From contig JAITGM010000022.1 in the NCBI GenBank assembly GCA_031280685.1, positions 1,656-65,655 of the forward strand: a stretch of DNA of 64,000 nt, read 5' to 3'. Shown here piece by piece: positions 38,858-48,463 of the stretch. The position numbers were made by a program, and so were the translations under genes. This stretch comes from Christensenellaceae bacterium (GTDB lineage Bacteria; Bacillota; Clostridia; Christensenellales; UBA1750). How positions within the stretch are numbered: position 1 is the stretch's first letter; every line of letters begins with the position of its first letter. Below the pieces are notes generated by a model. The model made no database searches. It worked only from the letters and a program-made list of their open reading frames with translations, and had not been told where the DNA came from.

Positions 38858-40537
38858 ATGAAAAGATTGTTGACCTTGGGCCTGGCGCTCTTGCTCGTGC
38901 TGAGCATGGCGGCCTGCCAATCCCCGTCGCCCGGTGGCGAGCCCACGGCGGCCCCGGCGACCGATAAGCCGGCGACCAGCGCCCCGGCCACCGGCGACGC
39001 GACCGAAGCCCCGGCAGCCGGCCCGGACTACAGCACCCCGCTGACGGTTTCAATGAACGTGCTCAACGCCGAAAAGAATGGCATCGACGTGCGGCATGAG
39101 ATCGTCAAAGAGATCTTCAACCTGAGCTTTGACTATGTTCCCATCGACTGGAGCGACTGGAACACGAAGATTTCGACCTGGGTCGCCACTGACGATGCCC
39201 CCGACCTGATTTGGTGGGATCTTAAGGGCGCGCAGGCCCAGCAGTTCGCCGATTGGGCCCGCCAGGGCGCCTTCGCCCCGCTGGACGCGCAATACTTCAG
39301 CGAAAGCCGCCCTAACCTCAAGCAGACCTACGATACCTCCAAGTCAATCGATGCGCTGAGCGTTGATGGCACCCTGTATGCCTGGCCTGCGATGCGCGCT
39401 AACTCCCCCGAGGCGCAGAACTGCTATACCTCGCACTGGTCCTATCGCAGGGACTGGGCGAGGGCGGTCGGCCTGTATAAGGAGGGCGATATCTACACCT
39501 GGGATGAGTGGATAGCCCTGCTCACCGCCATCCGCGATCAGGATCCCGGCGGAAACAAGGACGCCAACGCGGTTTTGGTCATGCCTACCTGGGGCTTCCC
39601 GCACGCTGCTGCCTTGTTCATCGGCCCGCCCGCAGCGGAAGGCAACGAAACCAGCTCCTACATCAAGGACGCCAGCGGCAAGTATATTTGGCCCTGCGCA
39701 ACCGAGGATTTCAAAAAGGGCGTCAAGATCACCTACGACATGTACCAGCAAGGCCTGATCTACAAGGATAATATCCTGTTCAACGCCTCAGAAGCCGAGA
39801 ACATGATCAAGTCGGGCTTGGCCTTTGCCAACTACAACGTCACCGGCTCCCTCAATGCCTGGACCGACACCATGATCACGGATGGCGTCATCAAAGAGCG
39901 CTCTGATTTTGGTATCGCAATCGTTCAGGCTTGGGATGGCAACTGGTACATGACCCAGACCGAGGATTACTGGACCGTCACCGCCATGAGCCACAAAATC
40001 AGCGAAGAGAAAATCAATCGCGTTTTGGACTTCTGGGAGTATCTGCACACCACAGACGGCATGCGGATGCGTACCTGGGGCCGCGAGGGCGTGGACTTTG
40101 AAGTCACCGGGCCGGATCCCGTGGATGTGAAGATCCTCTGGCCCTTCGATGAAAGCCTGCAGGCCTATATCAACCCCTTCACCAATATTTCTGAGTTTGG
40201 CGAATCGAACGCGGCCTGCGGCAGCAAGATCAACTCCCTCCTCATCGGGCCGGATGCCATTCCCTACATGTTCGAGGAACGCAACAGGCTCTGGAGCACC
40301 ATGGGCGCGGGCGAAATTCCCGTGGTCATCAAGGAATTCGACTATGACGTTTCCTTCGGCTCCGCCCCGAACAAAGACAAGAATGGTTCCTTCGGCTCCA
40401 CCTCGAAAGAAAAGCTGGTCGCCCTGCTGGCACAGCCCGGTATCGACATCGAGGCCGAGTGGGATAAGGTCGTTGCCTCCATGATGCCCGAAGTGCAAAA
40501 GGTTCTGGACGAACTCAACAACGGCGAGCTTAAGTAA
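38858..40537 (+). CDS. Carbohydrate ABC transporter substrate-binding lipoprotein (LplA-like)
   Basis: Lipobox MAAC, Ala/Pro/Thr-rich linker, YRRDW..GL, DPGGN, WGREGVDF; operon context. Confidence 0.88.
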   Translation: MKRLLTLGLALLLVLSMAACQSPSPGGEPTAAPATDKPATSAPATGDATEAPAAGPDYSTPLTVSMNVLNAEKNGIDVRHEIVKEIFNLSFDYVPIDWSDWNTKISTWVATDDAPDLIWWDLKGAQAQQFADWARQGAFAPLDAQYFSESRPNLKQTYDTSKSIDALSVDGTLYAWPAMRANSPEAQNCYTSHWSYRRDWARAVGLYKEGDIYTWDEWIALLTAIRDQDPGGNKDANAVLVMPTWGFPHAAALFIGPPAAEGNETSSYIKDASGKYIWPCATEDFKKGVKITYDMYQQGLIYKDNILFNASEAENMIKSGLAFANYNVTGSLNAWTDTMITDGVIKERSDFGIAIVQAWDGNWYMTQTEDYWTVTAMSHKISEEKINRVLDFWEYLHTTDGMRMRTWGREGVDFEVTGPDPVDVKILWPFDESLQAYINPFTNISEFGESNAACGSKINSLLIGPDAIPYMFEERNRLWSTMGAGEIPVVIKEFDYDVSFGSAPNKDKNGSFGSTSKEKLVALLAQPGIDIEAEWDKVVASMMPEVQKVLDELNNGELK

Positions 40538-40681
40538 GCTTCCGAATTCGGTGAAAACGATCCCCTCCTGGCCCCAAAGCTATGCTTTGGGGCCCGTTTT
40601 ATGCAGCTCCGTCGCTTCGCGGGGCACGTTGCCCTCCGCGCAACCCCAACTGGATGCCTCTCACACTTTATTCCACCCCAA

Positions 40682-40714
40682 GCGGGGAAGCAACTTCCCC
40701 GCACCCCTTCAGGG
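40682..40714 (-). repeat. Dispersed hairpin repeat (GTTGC loop), copy 2
   Basis: Minus strand CCCTGAAGGGGT-GCGGGGAA-GTTGC-TTCCCCGC; two compensatory base-pair changes relative to the 11353 copy. Confidence 0.6.
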
Positions 40715-40852
40715 ATGGGCCTAGGGCAATTCTCGCTTCGCGAAACGCTGTTTTAGGCCTAACAAACTCTTCGAGCCCGCCGCCTGCGGGCGGGATTTAA
40801 CCACACGAAGCGTCTAGCGAACGAAAGCGAGATTAAATCGGCCTGAATCCAC

Positions 40853-41024
40853 AAAAAAACGCCGCCCTTGCCAGTTGCGCAGCCATGGCATGCGGCGGCA
40901 AGCTCAGCGATGGTGCACGAGTTACGCCCTCGGGGGGCGGGCCCGGAAGTTCCTACCGGGGGCGGCTGCATAAAGGCTCAGGCCGACCCCACAGGTTCGA
41001 AGCCTGAGCCTTTATGCAGCCGCC
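40853..41024. other. Highly structured intergenic element (multi-hairpin domain plus 23-bp perfect hairpin); possible ncRNA or terminator
   Basis: Perfect inverted repeat 40961-40983 / 41002-41024; closing stem GCCGCCC (40861-40867) / GGGCGGC (40960-40966); T7 tract on the minus strand. Confidence 0.45.
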
Positions 41025-41156
41025 AGCCGCGCGACGCGCGGCGCCCGCCCATTGGCGCGCTCGCGGAAGCGAGCCCGCCTTCGTTCCCTTGCCCCCCTCA
41101 GCGACGAAACGGATCGCGCCGGGAAGCTTTATTCCCAGAAGCGAGCCAAAATCGGC

Positions 41157-42335
41157 CTAGAATGGAGCCTTTTGAATGCGTTCCATGGCTTCGAGCACGG
41201 CCTCGCGCTCGCCGAAGGCGGTCAGCCGCAAGTAGCCTTCGCCCATCTTGCCAAAGCCCGCGCCCGGCGTGCCCACGATCTGCAGATCATTGAGCAGGTA
41301 ATCGAAATAGGCCCAGGATTTCAGGCCATTCGGGCACTTCAGCCAGATATAGGGCGACTGGGAACCACCAAAGTACTTCGTGAAGGAGCCGATGGCCTTG
41401 CCCATGATGGCCGCGTTCTCTTTATAAAAGGCGATGGCCTCCATGCACTGGGCATAGCCCTCCTTGCCAAAGGCAGCCTCGGCGCCGCGCTGCACCGGGT
41501 AGGAAACACCGTTGAACTTGGTGGCCTGGCGGCGCAGCCAAAGCGCGCCGATGCTCTGCCCGCCGCGGGAAAGCTCCTTGGGGATGATGGTATAGCCGCA
41601 GCGCACGCCGGTGAACCCAGCGGTCTTTGACATGGAGCACATCTCGACCGCGCAAGTGCGCGCACCTTCGATCGAGAAGATGCTGCGCGGCAGGGCGGGA
41701 TCTGAAATAAAGGCCTCGTAGGCAGCGTCATAGAGGATGACAGCGCCCTGATCATTCGCGTAATCGACCCAAGCCTTCAAGCCTTCCCTGGTGTAGACCG
41801 CGCCGGTCGGGTTGTTGGGCGAGCAAAGGTAGATAATGTCTGCCCGCACGCTCGGATCCGGCAAGGGCAGGAAGCCGTTTTCTTCGCTTCCGTTCATGTA
41901 GAGGATGCGGCGGCCGCTCATGAGATTGGAGTCGAGATAGACCGGGTAGACCGGATCCGGCATCAAAACCGCGTTGTCCACATCGAAAATATCGCCAAAA
42001 TTACCCGCGTCGGACTTCGCTCCGTCGTTGACGTAGACCTCTGAAGGGTCAGTCCGAACCCCCAGGGTGGCGTAGTAGGCGGCGATGGCCTCGCGGAGGA
42101 AGTCATAACCCTCATAGGGCGGGTAGCCCCTGAAGCCCTGCTTTTGGCCAAGCTCGGCAGCGGCCTTTTGCATGGCTTCGACCACGACGGGCGCGAGCGG
42201 GCCCGACACATCGCCGATGCCCATGCGCAGCACCTTCTTGCCGGGGTTTGCCTTAACGTAGTCGCTCGTGCGCTTGCCGACCTCGGCAAAGAGGTAGTTT
42301 TGGGGCATCTTCTCGAAGTTTGTGTTGATCTTCAT
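41157..42335 (-). CDS. dapL: LL-diaminopimelate aminotransferase
   Basis: YLFAEV, MGIGDV, DGAKSD, CSPNNPTG, YDAAY, SKTAGFTGVRCGY, W.RRQATKFNG. Confidence 0.95.
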   Translation of the reverse strand: MKINTNFEKMPQNYLFAEVGKRTSDYVKANPGKKVLRMGIGDVSGPLAPVVVEAMQKAAAELGQKQGFRGYPPYEGYDFLREAIAAYYATLGVRTDPSEVYVNDGAKSDAGNFGDIFDVDNAVLMPDPVYPVYLDSNLMSGRRILYMNGSEENGFLPLPDPSVRADIIYLCSPNNPTGAVYTREGLKAWVDYANDQGAVILYDAAYEAFISDPALPRSIFSIEGARTCAVEMCSMSKTAGFTGVRCGYTIIPKELSRGGQSIGALWLRRQATKFNGVSYPVQRGAEAAFGKEGYAQCMEAIAFYKENAAIMGKAIGSFTKYFGGSQSPYIWLKCPNGLKSWAYFDYLLNDLQIVGTPGAGFGKMGEGYLRLTAFGEREAVLEAMERIQKAPF

Positions 42336-42361
42336 GCGCGGAATCCTCCTAATTTGGGGTT

Positions 42362-43957
42362 TTACTCCTCAAGCGTGGCCTGAATGAAGGCCCTAAAGAG
42401 CGGATGCGCCCGGTTGGGGCGGGATTTGAACTCGGGGTGGTATTGCACCCCTACGAAGAAGCGCTGCCCGGGCAGCTCAATGGCTTCGACCAGGCGGCCA
42501 TCGGGCGAAAGGCCGCTCAAGAGCATGCCGTGCTTGGTCATTTCCTCGCGGTAGTCGTTGTTGAACTCGTAGCGGTGGCGGTGGCGCTCGGCGATGAGGG
42601 GCAGGCCGTAGGCTTCCGCCATCCTGGAGCCAGGCGCGATGGCGCAGGGGTAGGCGCCCAGGCGCATGGTGCCGCCCTTGGGCAGGTTGCCCTGTTGGTC
42701 GGGCATCAGGTCGATCACGCTGCGCAGGCCGTTTTCGGCGAACTCGCTCGAGTTTGCGTCAGGCATGTTCAGCACGTGGCGGGCAAACTCGATCACCGCG
42801 ATTTGCAGCCCCAGGCAGATGCCCAGGTAGGGGGTTTTGTTTTCCCTCGCGTAGCGCGCCGCCAGGATCATCCCCTCGATGCCGCGCTCGCCAAAGCCGC
42901 CGGGCACCAGGATGCCATCGCAAGAGGCCAAAATCTCGCCCACGTTCGCCGGGCTGATCTCCTCCGCGTCGATCCAGTCGATCTCGACCGTGGCCGCGTT
43001 TTCGTAGCCCGCGTGCTGCAGCGCCTCCGCGACCGAAAGGTAGGCGTCGTGCAACTTGATGTACTTGCCCACCAAGGCGATTTTTACGCTCTTGCTGCGC
43101 GCGCGGATGCGGCCGAGCATGTCGTACCAATCGCTCAAATCGGGGCCCTTGTTGGTCAGGCCAAGCTCGCGCAGCACGTTGCGCGCAAGGCCGGCGTCTT
43201 CGAGCATGATGGGGCACTCATAGAGCACCGGCAGGGTGATGTTGGGAATGACGCAATCTGGCTTGACGTTGCAAAACAGCGAGATCTTGCGCACAATATC
43301 GTCCTGCAGGGGCTCATCGCAGCGGGCCACGATGATATCGGGGAAGATGCCCATGGCCTGCAGCTCCCTGACCGAATGCTGCGTGGGCTTGGATTTATAT
43401 TCGCCGCTCGATTTGATGTAGGGCACCAGGGTGACGTGGATGAAAAGGCAGTTATCGCGGCCATGCTCGATCGCCACCTGGCGGATTGCCTCTAAAAAGG
43501 GCTGGCTCTCGATATCGCCAATGGTGCCGCCCAGCTCGGTTAGAACGATCTCCGCACCCGATCGCTCGGCCACGGAATGGATAAAGCCCTTGATCTCGTT
43601 GGTGATGTGCGGAATGACCTGCACGGTTTCGCCCAGAAACTCTCCGCTTCTTTCCTTCGTGAGGACGTTCCAATAGACCTTGCCCATGGTCAGGTTCGAG
43701 AACGTGTTGAGGTCTTCATCGATGAAGCGCTCATAGTGGCCAAGGTCGAGGTCGGTTTCCGCGCCATCCTCGGTGACGAAGACTTCCCCGTGCTGATAAG
43801 GGCTCATGGTGCCCGGATCGACGTTGATGTAGGGGTCGAGCTTCTGCGCGCTGACCTTGAAGCCGCGGGCCTTGAGCAGCCTGCCCAGCGAAGCTGCCGT
43901 GATTCCCTTGCCCAGGCCCGAAACGACGCCGCCAGTTATGAAGATGTACTTCACCAT
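42362..43957 (-). CDS. pyrG: CTP synthase
   Basis: [34 protein letters not shown]; start at 43957 after GGAGG. Confidence 0.97.
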   Translation of the reverse strand: MVKYIFITGGVVSGLGKGITAASLGRLLKARGFKVSAQKLDPYINVDPGTMSPYQHGEVFVTEDGAETDLDLGHYERFIDEDLNTFSNLTMGKVYWNVLTKERSGEFLGETVQVIPHITNEIKGFIHSVAERSGAEIVLTELGGTIGDIESQPFLEAIRQVAIEHGRDNCLFIHVTLVPYIKSSGEYKSKPTQHSVRELQAMGIFPDIIVARCDEPLQDDIVRKISLFCNVKPDCVIPNITLPVLYECPIMLEDAGLARNVLRELGLTNKGPDLSDWYDMLGRIRARSKSVKIALVGKYIKLHDAYLSVAEALQHAGYENAATVEIDWIDAEEISPANVGEILASCDGILVPGGFGERGIEGMILAARYARENKTPYLGICLGLQIAVIEFARHVLNMPDANSSEFAENGLRSVIDLMPDQQGNLPKGGTMRLGAYPCAIAPGSRMAEAYGLPLIAERHRHRYEFNNDYREEMTKHGMLLSGLSPDGRLVEAIELPGQRFFVGVQYHPEFKSRPNRAHPLFRAFIQATLEE

Positions 43958-44013
43958 TACCCCGAGTCCTCCTTCGAAATTCCCTTGTTTAAAGATAAAG
44001 ATCAGGCAGAGCC

Positions 44014-44583
44014 CTAAATATACAAATCCAAAATGTCTTGCGCAGCCTGCCGCTTGGGGATGCGCTGATCCATGGCCTGTTTTTCGATGAAATGGTGGGC
44101 CTGCGGCTCGGTCAGGCCGCGCTGCTCGATCAGCAGCCATTTCGCGCGGTTTACCAGGCGCTGTTCGTCTAAGCGCTCGTACAACCTGCGGTTTTCTTCC
44201 CGCAGGGCGGCGATCTTGACGTGCGCGGCCAGCGCAAGGCGCACCGCCTGCAAAAAGTTTTGCCCGTTGATCGGCTTGCCCAGGGTCAGCACCCCGGAAT
44301 CGCCCATCGAGGCGGCCGCGCCGTCAAGCTCTTCCTGACGAACGAGCAAGAGCGAGGCAAGACCCAGAGTAGAAGCCGCAAAAAGGGCGAGCTCCGGGCC
44401 GTTTTCTCCGTTTAAAGGAGCGTTGACCACCACGATGGAAAAGGGCCTGTTCGTGAGCAGCCGCCTGGCCTCGCTGCCGGAGGCCGCGGTTTCGATGGAG
44501 GGAAGGCGAATCTCTTCCAGCAGCGAGCGAAGGGCTAGGCGCCCCTTTTCGCTGGAGGAAATCAGCAAAGCGCCGCCGGTCAA
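44014..44583 (-). CDS. ANTAR-domain antiterminator with a pseudo-receiver domain (NitR/AmiR-like)
   Basis: Receiver-like N-terminus with SS in place of the acidic pocket and Asn (IVVVNAPL) at the phospho-acceptor position; coiled coil; [29 protein letters not shown] motif. Confidence 0.9.
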   Translation of the reverse strand: MTGGALLISSSEKGRLALRSLLEEIRLPSIETAASGSEARRLLTNRPFSIVVVNAPLNGENGPELALFAASTLGLASLLLVRQEELDGAAASMGDSGVLTLGKPINGQNFLQAVRLALAAHVKIAALREENRRLYERLDEQRLVNRAKWLLIEQRGLTEPQAHHFIEKQAMDQRIPKRQAAQDILDLYI

Positions 44584-44616
44584 AGTTGCACCCCCTTTCC
44601 GGTTCAGCGGGGAGGA

Positions 44617-45891
44617 TCAAATCACGGGGAAGTCGTTTTCGATCTCGAAGCTCTCGGCGTCGCCCGAGCGGAACATCCTCTCGTACTCGCTGAGCTTGTG
44701 CGAAAGGAAGGGCCCCGCAAAGCGCTGGGGCAGGGCTTTTTTAACCAGATCCGAGCGCCGCGCCAGGCTCACCGCCTCTTCCAGACTGGCCGGCAGGCTG
44801 CCCAGCACCTCGCCCTCAGGCTCAAGCGCAAGCCGCCTTTCGATGCCCTCGGCCCCAGCCTCGAGCAGCAGCGCAAAGCCGATGTAGGGGTTCATGGCAG
44901 GGTCTGGCGAGCGAAGCTCGATGTGGGCGCTCCCGCCGCCCGCCTGCGGCACGCGCAAGAGCTGCGCCAGGTTCTGGTTCGACCAGGCGATCTCGCCCGG
45001 GGCATCAAATCGCCCGAGGCGCGAATACGAACCCGGCAGTGGGTTTAAGAAGGCGCTGATCTCGGCCACGCGCGAGAGAATGCCCTGCATGAAGGCCTGG
45101 GCGACCTCGGTCAGGCCATTTTCGCCCTTGATGACGTTCTCGCCGTCCTTTTCCAGGGCGATGGAAACGTGCAGGCCGCTGCCACTCTGCTCCTTGAGCG
45201 GCTTGGGGAGGAGCGACGCGTAAAGCCCAAAGCTTGAAGCCACGGTTTTGGCCACGTTCGTGAAGGCGACGTAAGCGTCCGCCATCTTGATCGGGCTTCT
45301 GCGGTGCAGGTCGATCTCGTTTTGCCCGGGGCCGGACTCGTGCAGCGAGGAGGAAGGCCTAATGCCCATCTGCTCAAGATTCAGGCAGATCTCACGGCGG
45401 ACGTTTTCGCCCTTATCGAGCGGAGCGAAGTCCAGATAGCCGGCCTGGTCGTGCGGCGCGAGGATGGGCTGGCCCTGATCGCCCAAATTGAAGAGGTAAA
45501 ACTCGCACTCCAGGGCGATCTTTGCCGTGTAGCCAAGCGCGAAAAGGCGCTTTACGCTGCTCTTGAGGATGCGCCTGCCGTCGAGTTCGAAGGGCTCGCC
45601 GCTGGAATAGAGGATGTCGCAATACACCCTGGCGACCCTGCCGCCCTGCTGCGGGCGCCAGGGAAGCAGCGCCATGGTTGAAAGATCCGGCATCAAGATG
45701 AGGTCGGATCCCTTGGTATCGACAAAGCCAAAGATGCCCGAGGCATCGAAGCTCTTGCCGAAGGCCGCCACGTTCTCGAACTCGTCTGCCATGATGGAGA
45801 TGCTCTTGAGCCTGCCGAACAGATCACAGAAAGCCAGTCGGATGAACTTCACGTCGTTTTCGCCCAAAAATGCGCCGGTGTCTTCGGTCAT
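44617..45891 (-). CDS. Type I (GSI-alpha) glutamine synthetase-like protein with altered catalytic motifs
   Basis: VKFIRLAFCD, LECEFYLF, HESGPGQNEID, PKP..GSGLH and IELRSPD are present, but it has FDAP and QNLAQLLRVP where active enzymes have YEAP and NRSPLIRIP. Confidence 0.88.
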   Translation of the reverse strand: MTEDTGAFLGENDVKFIRLAFCDLFGRLKSISIMADEFENVAAFGKSFDASGIFGFVDTKGSDLILMPDLSTMALLPWRPQQGGRVARVYCDILYSSGEPFELDGRRILKSSVKRLFALGYTAKIALECEFYLFNLGDQGQPILAPHDQAGYLDFAPLDKGENVRREICLNLEQMGIRPSSSLHESGPGQNEIDLHRRSPIKMADAYVAFTNVAKTVASSFGLYASLLPKPLKEQSGSGLHVSIALEKDGENVIKGENGLTEVAQAFMQGILSRVAEISAFLNPLPGSYSRLGRFDAPGEIAWSNQNLAQLLRVPQAGGGSAHIELRSPDPAMNPYIGFALLLEAGAEGIERRLALEPEGEVLGSLPASLEEAVSLARRSDLVKKALPQRFAGPFLSHKLSEYERMFRSGDAESFEIENDFPVI

Positions 45892-45994
45892 GGCCTATTC
45901 CTCCTTCATGGCTCGTAAAATAGAAGGCCCCGCGGCGCCTTTGGCGGAGGAGCGGGGCGATGAGCGCTGTGCTTTGGGCCAAGGCCCAGTCTAT

Positions 45995-46025
45995 TTTAAA
46001 AGATGCGGCGAAAAGTTGCAAGCGG
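45995..46025 (-). promoter_or_regulatory. Internal promoter for the GS-like/ANTAR/pyrG/dapL unit
   Basis: Minus strand TTGCAA, 17 bp, TAAAAT; coordinates are approximate. Confidence 0.55.
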
Positions 46026-46064
46026 CTTTTGCGGCCGGGCCGTAAAAAGCTGCTTTTTGAAGGC

Positions 46065-46781
46065 CTAATAAACGGTATAGAGCCGCTTATAGGGGTTTTT
46101 GGAGTTCGGGCTGAGCAGGGTGAACTCCCCTTGCAAAATCGCGCCCGCATCGCCGCCGAAGGCAGCGCAAAAGGCCTCGACATCGCCGCGAATCAGCTCC
46201 AGGTCGGCCCTTTCGGCGGATCTAGCCTCGACCTGGCTGGGCAGCACCGCGCTGCCCAGGCCGCCGCGCACATAGATGCGGCCGCCGTGCATCCCCGTGG
46301 CGCAAAAATCGCCCACCGGGGTTGCACCGGCGAGGTTCAGCACCACGATGCGCCCGCCCGCCTGGTACTCGCCCAGGAAGGAGCCTGCCCTGCCGCCCAT
46401 GACGATGACGGGCACCTTCTCTCTATATTCCTTCATGTGGATGCCGCAGCGGTAACCCACGTTGCCCTTGATCAGAATGCGCCCGCCGCGCATCGCGTAG
46501 CCCACGGCATCGCCGCAAGAGCCGTTGACCACGATCTCGCCATCGTTCATCGTGTCGCCCACGGCATCCTGCGCGTTGCCGCCCACGAGGATGCGCGCGC
46601 CGTTCATGTAGGCGCCCAGCGCGTTGCCGGGCACGCCCTGCAGCCTGAGCGTCTTGCCCGAAAGCCCGGCGCCGATGTAGCGCTGCCCCGTGACCCCGGT
46701 CACGGTCAGCTCCGCCGCGGAAGCCGCCTTAATCTCTTCGTTTAAGGCCCTGAAGACCTTGCCGCTTGCCTGAATCGTCAT
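46065..46781 (-). CDS. Glutamate synthase GXGXG (C-terminal beta-helix) domain protein
   Basis: Repeated G-x-G-x-G units: GQRYIGAG, GNALGAYMNG, GDAVGYAMRGG, GSFLGEYQAGG. Confidence 0.9.
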   Translation of the reverse strand: MTIQASGKVFRALNEEIKAASAAELTVTGVTGQRYIGAGLSGKTLRLQGVPGNALGAYMNGARILVGGNAQDAVGDTMNDGEIVVNGSCGDAVGYAMRGGRILIKGNVGYRCGIHMKEYREKVPVIVMGGRAGSFLGEYQAGGRIVVLNLAGATPVGDFCATGMHGGRIYVRGGLGSAVLPSQVEARSAERADLELIRGDVEAFCAAFGGDAGAILQGEFTLLSPNSKNPYKRLYTVY

Positions 46782-48016
46782 GCTTTGTTCCCTCCAGCCA
46801 GCATTTTCGCCCTCTCGGCCTTGGAAAAGGCCATGAGCTGGGGCTTTTGCGCGATGAGCCCAAAGTCGATGGTGCTCAAGGGCGTCTGGTCGCGAATCAA
46901 GGACGTGTAGATGCCCGCGCGGCGCACATCGCCCAGCAAAAGGTAGCCCACGAGCCTGTCATCCTTGATAAAGAGCTTCTTAACGCCGCCCTCGTTGGGC
47001 AAAATAAGGCATTCGCCCTGGTAGCTGCCCGCCGTGATGAGATGCAGGCCGAAAAAGCCGCCGGCGTTCATGGGGAAGGCGTTTTCGAAGTTTGAAGCCA
47101 GGCCCGCCATGTTCTGCCCGGCGGTATAGCCCTGGGTGTAGGCATTGGGCAGCACCGCCAGGACTTTTTCGCTGCCGCCGTCACTGACATCGTGGCTCAG
47201 GGTCAAATCGCCTGCCGCGTAGACGCCGGGCAGGCTGGTCTGCATGTGGGAATCGACCTTCACGCCGCGCGCGATCTCGGCGCCCGCAGCCTGAAGCAAC
47301 GCCGTGTTCGGCCGCACGCCGACCGCCAGCACCAGCACGTCGAATTCGACGGTCTCGCCGCTCTTGAGTTTTGCACTGTTGCCCGTGAAGCGCTCGACCG
47401 AATCGCCTAAGTAAAAACGGCAGTTGTTTTCTTCCATTTTGGCCTGCACGATGGCCGCGCAGTCCTCATCGAGCACGGCGGGCAACACCCGCGGCATCAT
47501 CTCGACGATGGAAACCGAGGCCACGCGCTCGGCGATGCCCTCGGCGCACTTGGTGCCGATGAGCCCCGCGCCGATGATGAGCACGCGGCTTTTTTCGTTG
47601 ATCAGGCTCTCGAGCCGCAGGGCATCGTCAAGGTTTAGAAAGCCGGCCTTTTTTTCGACGCTCTCTAGCCCCTCCATCGGCGGCACGAAGGGCACCGAAC
47701 CCGTCGCCACAAGAAGCTTATCGTAGGGGATTTCCTCGCCGGCCGCAGTGCGAACCGTCTTTTGGGCCGCGTCGATAGATAAAACCTCGGTGTTCAGGCG
47801 CAGTTCCGCCCCATGGTCGGCAAAGAAGCTCTCGGGCCTGTAGGAGATGTGCTCTAGGTCCGTCTTGCCTTCTAAATAGTACGAGATCAGCGGCCTGCCG
47901 TAGGGCCTGTGCCCTTCTTTTGAAAGCAGGGTGATCTGCCCTTCCGCATCCTGGGAGCGGATGCCCTCCACGCAGGCAATGCCCGCGTGCGAGGCCCCGA
48001 TGATGAGATACTTCAC
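46778..48016 (-). CDS. NAD(P)/FAD-dependent oxidoreductase (glutamate synthase electron-donor subunit candidate)
   Basis: IIGASHAG, LLVATGS, IIGAGLIG, TSLPGVYAAGD. Confidence 0.9.
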   Translation of the reverse strand: MKYLIIGASHAGIACVEGIRSQDAEGQITLLSKEGHRPYGRPLISYYLEGKTDLEHISYRPESFFADHGAELRLNTEVLSIDAAQKTVRTAAGEEIPYDKLLVATGSVPFVPPMEGLESVEKKAGFLNLDDALRLESLINEKSRVLIIGAGLIGTKCAEGIAERVASVSIVEMMPRVLPAVLDEDCAAIVQAKMEENNCRFYLGDSVERFTGNSAKLKSGETVEFDVLVLAVGVRPNTALLQAAGAEIARGVKVDSHMQTSLPGVYAAGDLTLSHDVSDGGSEKVLAVLPNAYTQGYTAGQNMAGLASNFENAFPMNAGGFFGLHLITAGSYQGECLILPNEGGVKKLFIKDDRLVGYLLLGDVRRAGIYTSLIRDQTPLSTIDFGLIAQKPQLMAFSKAERAKMLAGGNKA

Positions 48017-48459
48017 GCAAACGCCTCCCTGTCTTCAAAGATGATGGCGCGGTTTGGGCAGCCTTCCACGCAGGCCGGGATGCCCTGATGGTTTTGCATG
48101 CACAGGTCGCATTTTTGCACCGCAGTGCCATCCGAGGGCATCACGGCGCCGAAGGGGCAGGCCATGATGCAGGAATAGCAGCCCACGCACTTTTCCTGAT
48201 CGATGGTCACCTGGCCGTTTTCGAACTTGAGCGCCCCCGAAATGCAGGCCTTTTGGCAGAAGGGATCGTCACAATGGCGGCAGGAAACCGCAAAGGAGAT
48301 GCCGCCACCCTCCTCGATGCGGATGCGGGGATTGATCTCGCGATCCTTGAGCGCCTTGGCCATATCGTCCCTGCCGGACGTGGCGTTGGCAAAGGCGCAG
48401 TTGTACTCGCATAAACGGCAGCCCAGGCACCACTTTTCATCCACATAGATGCGTTTCAT
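48013..48459 (-). CDS. 4Fe-4S dicluster ferredoxin-like protein
   Basis: CLGCRLCEYNC, CRHCDDPFCQKAC, CVGCYSCIMACP, CDLC..CVEGCP; start at 48459. Confidence 0.92.
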   Translation of the reverse strand: MKRIYVDEKWCLGCRLCEYNCAFANATSGRDDMAKALKDREINPRIRIEEGGGISFAVSCRHCDDPFCQKACISGALKFENGQVTIDQEKCVGCYSCIMACPFGAVMPSDGTAVQKCDLCMQNHQGIPACVEGCPNRAIIFEDREAFA

Positions 48460-48463
48460 CGCT

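Noticed and set aside
40770-40797. Resemblance to the 3' motif of firmicute 6S RNA on the minus strand
   Set aside because: I found no complementary 5' arm to form the long rod structure
40985-41005. GGTTCGAA as a tRNA T-loop
   Set aside because: No D arm, anticodon arm or acceptor geometry; it lies in the loop of a long hairpin
45915-45990. ANTAR-like hairpin (GCC-AAAGGC-GCC, minus strand) in the GSI-like leader
   Set aside because: The stem has a C-C mismatch and the register relative to the nearby hairpin differs from the three accepted sites
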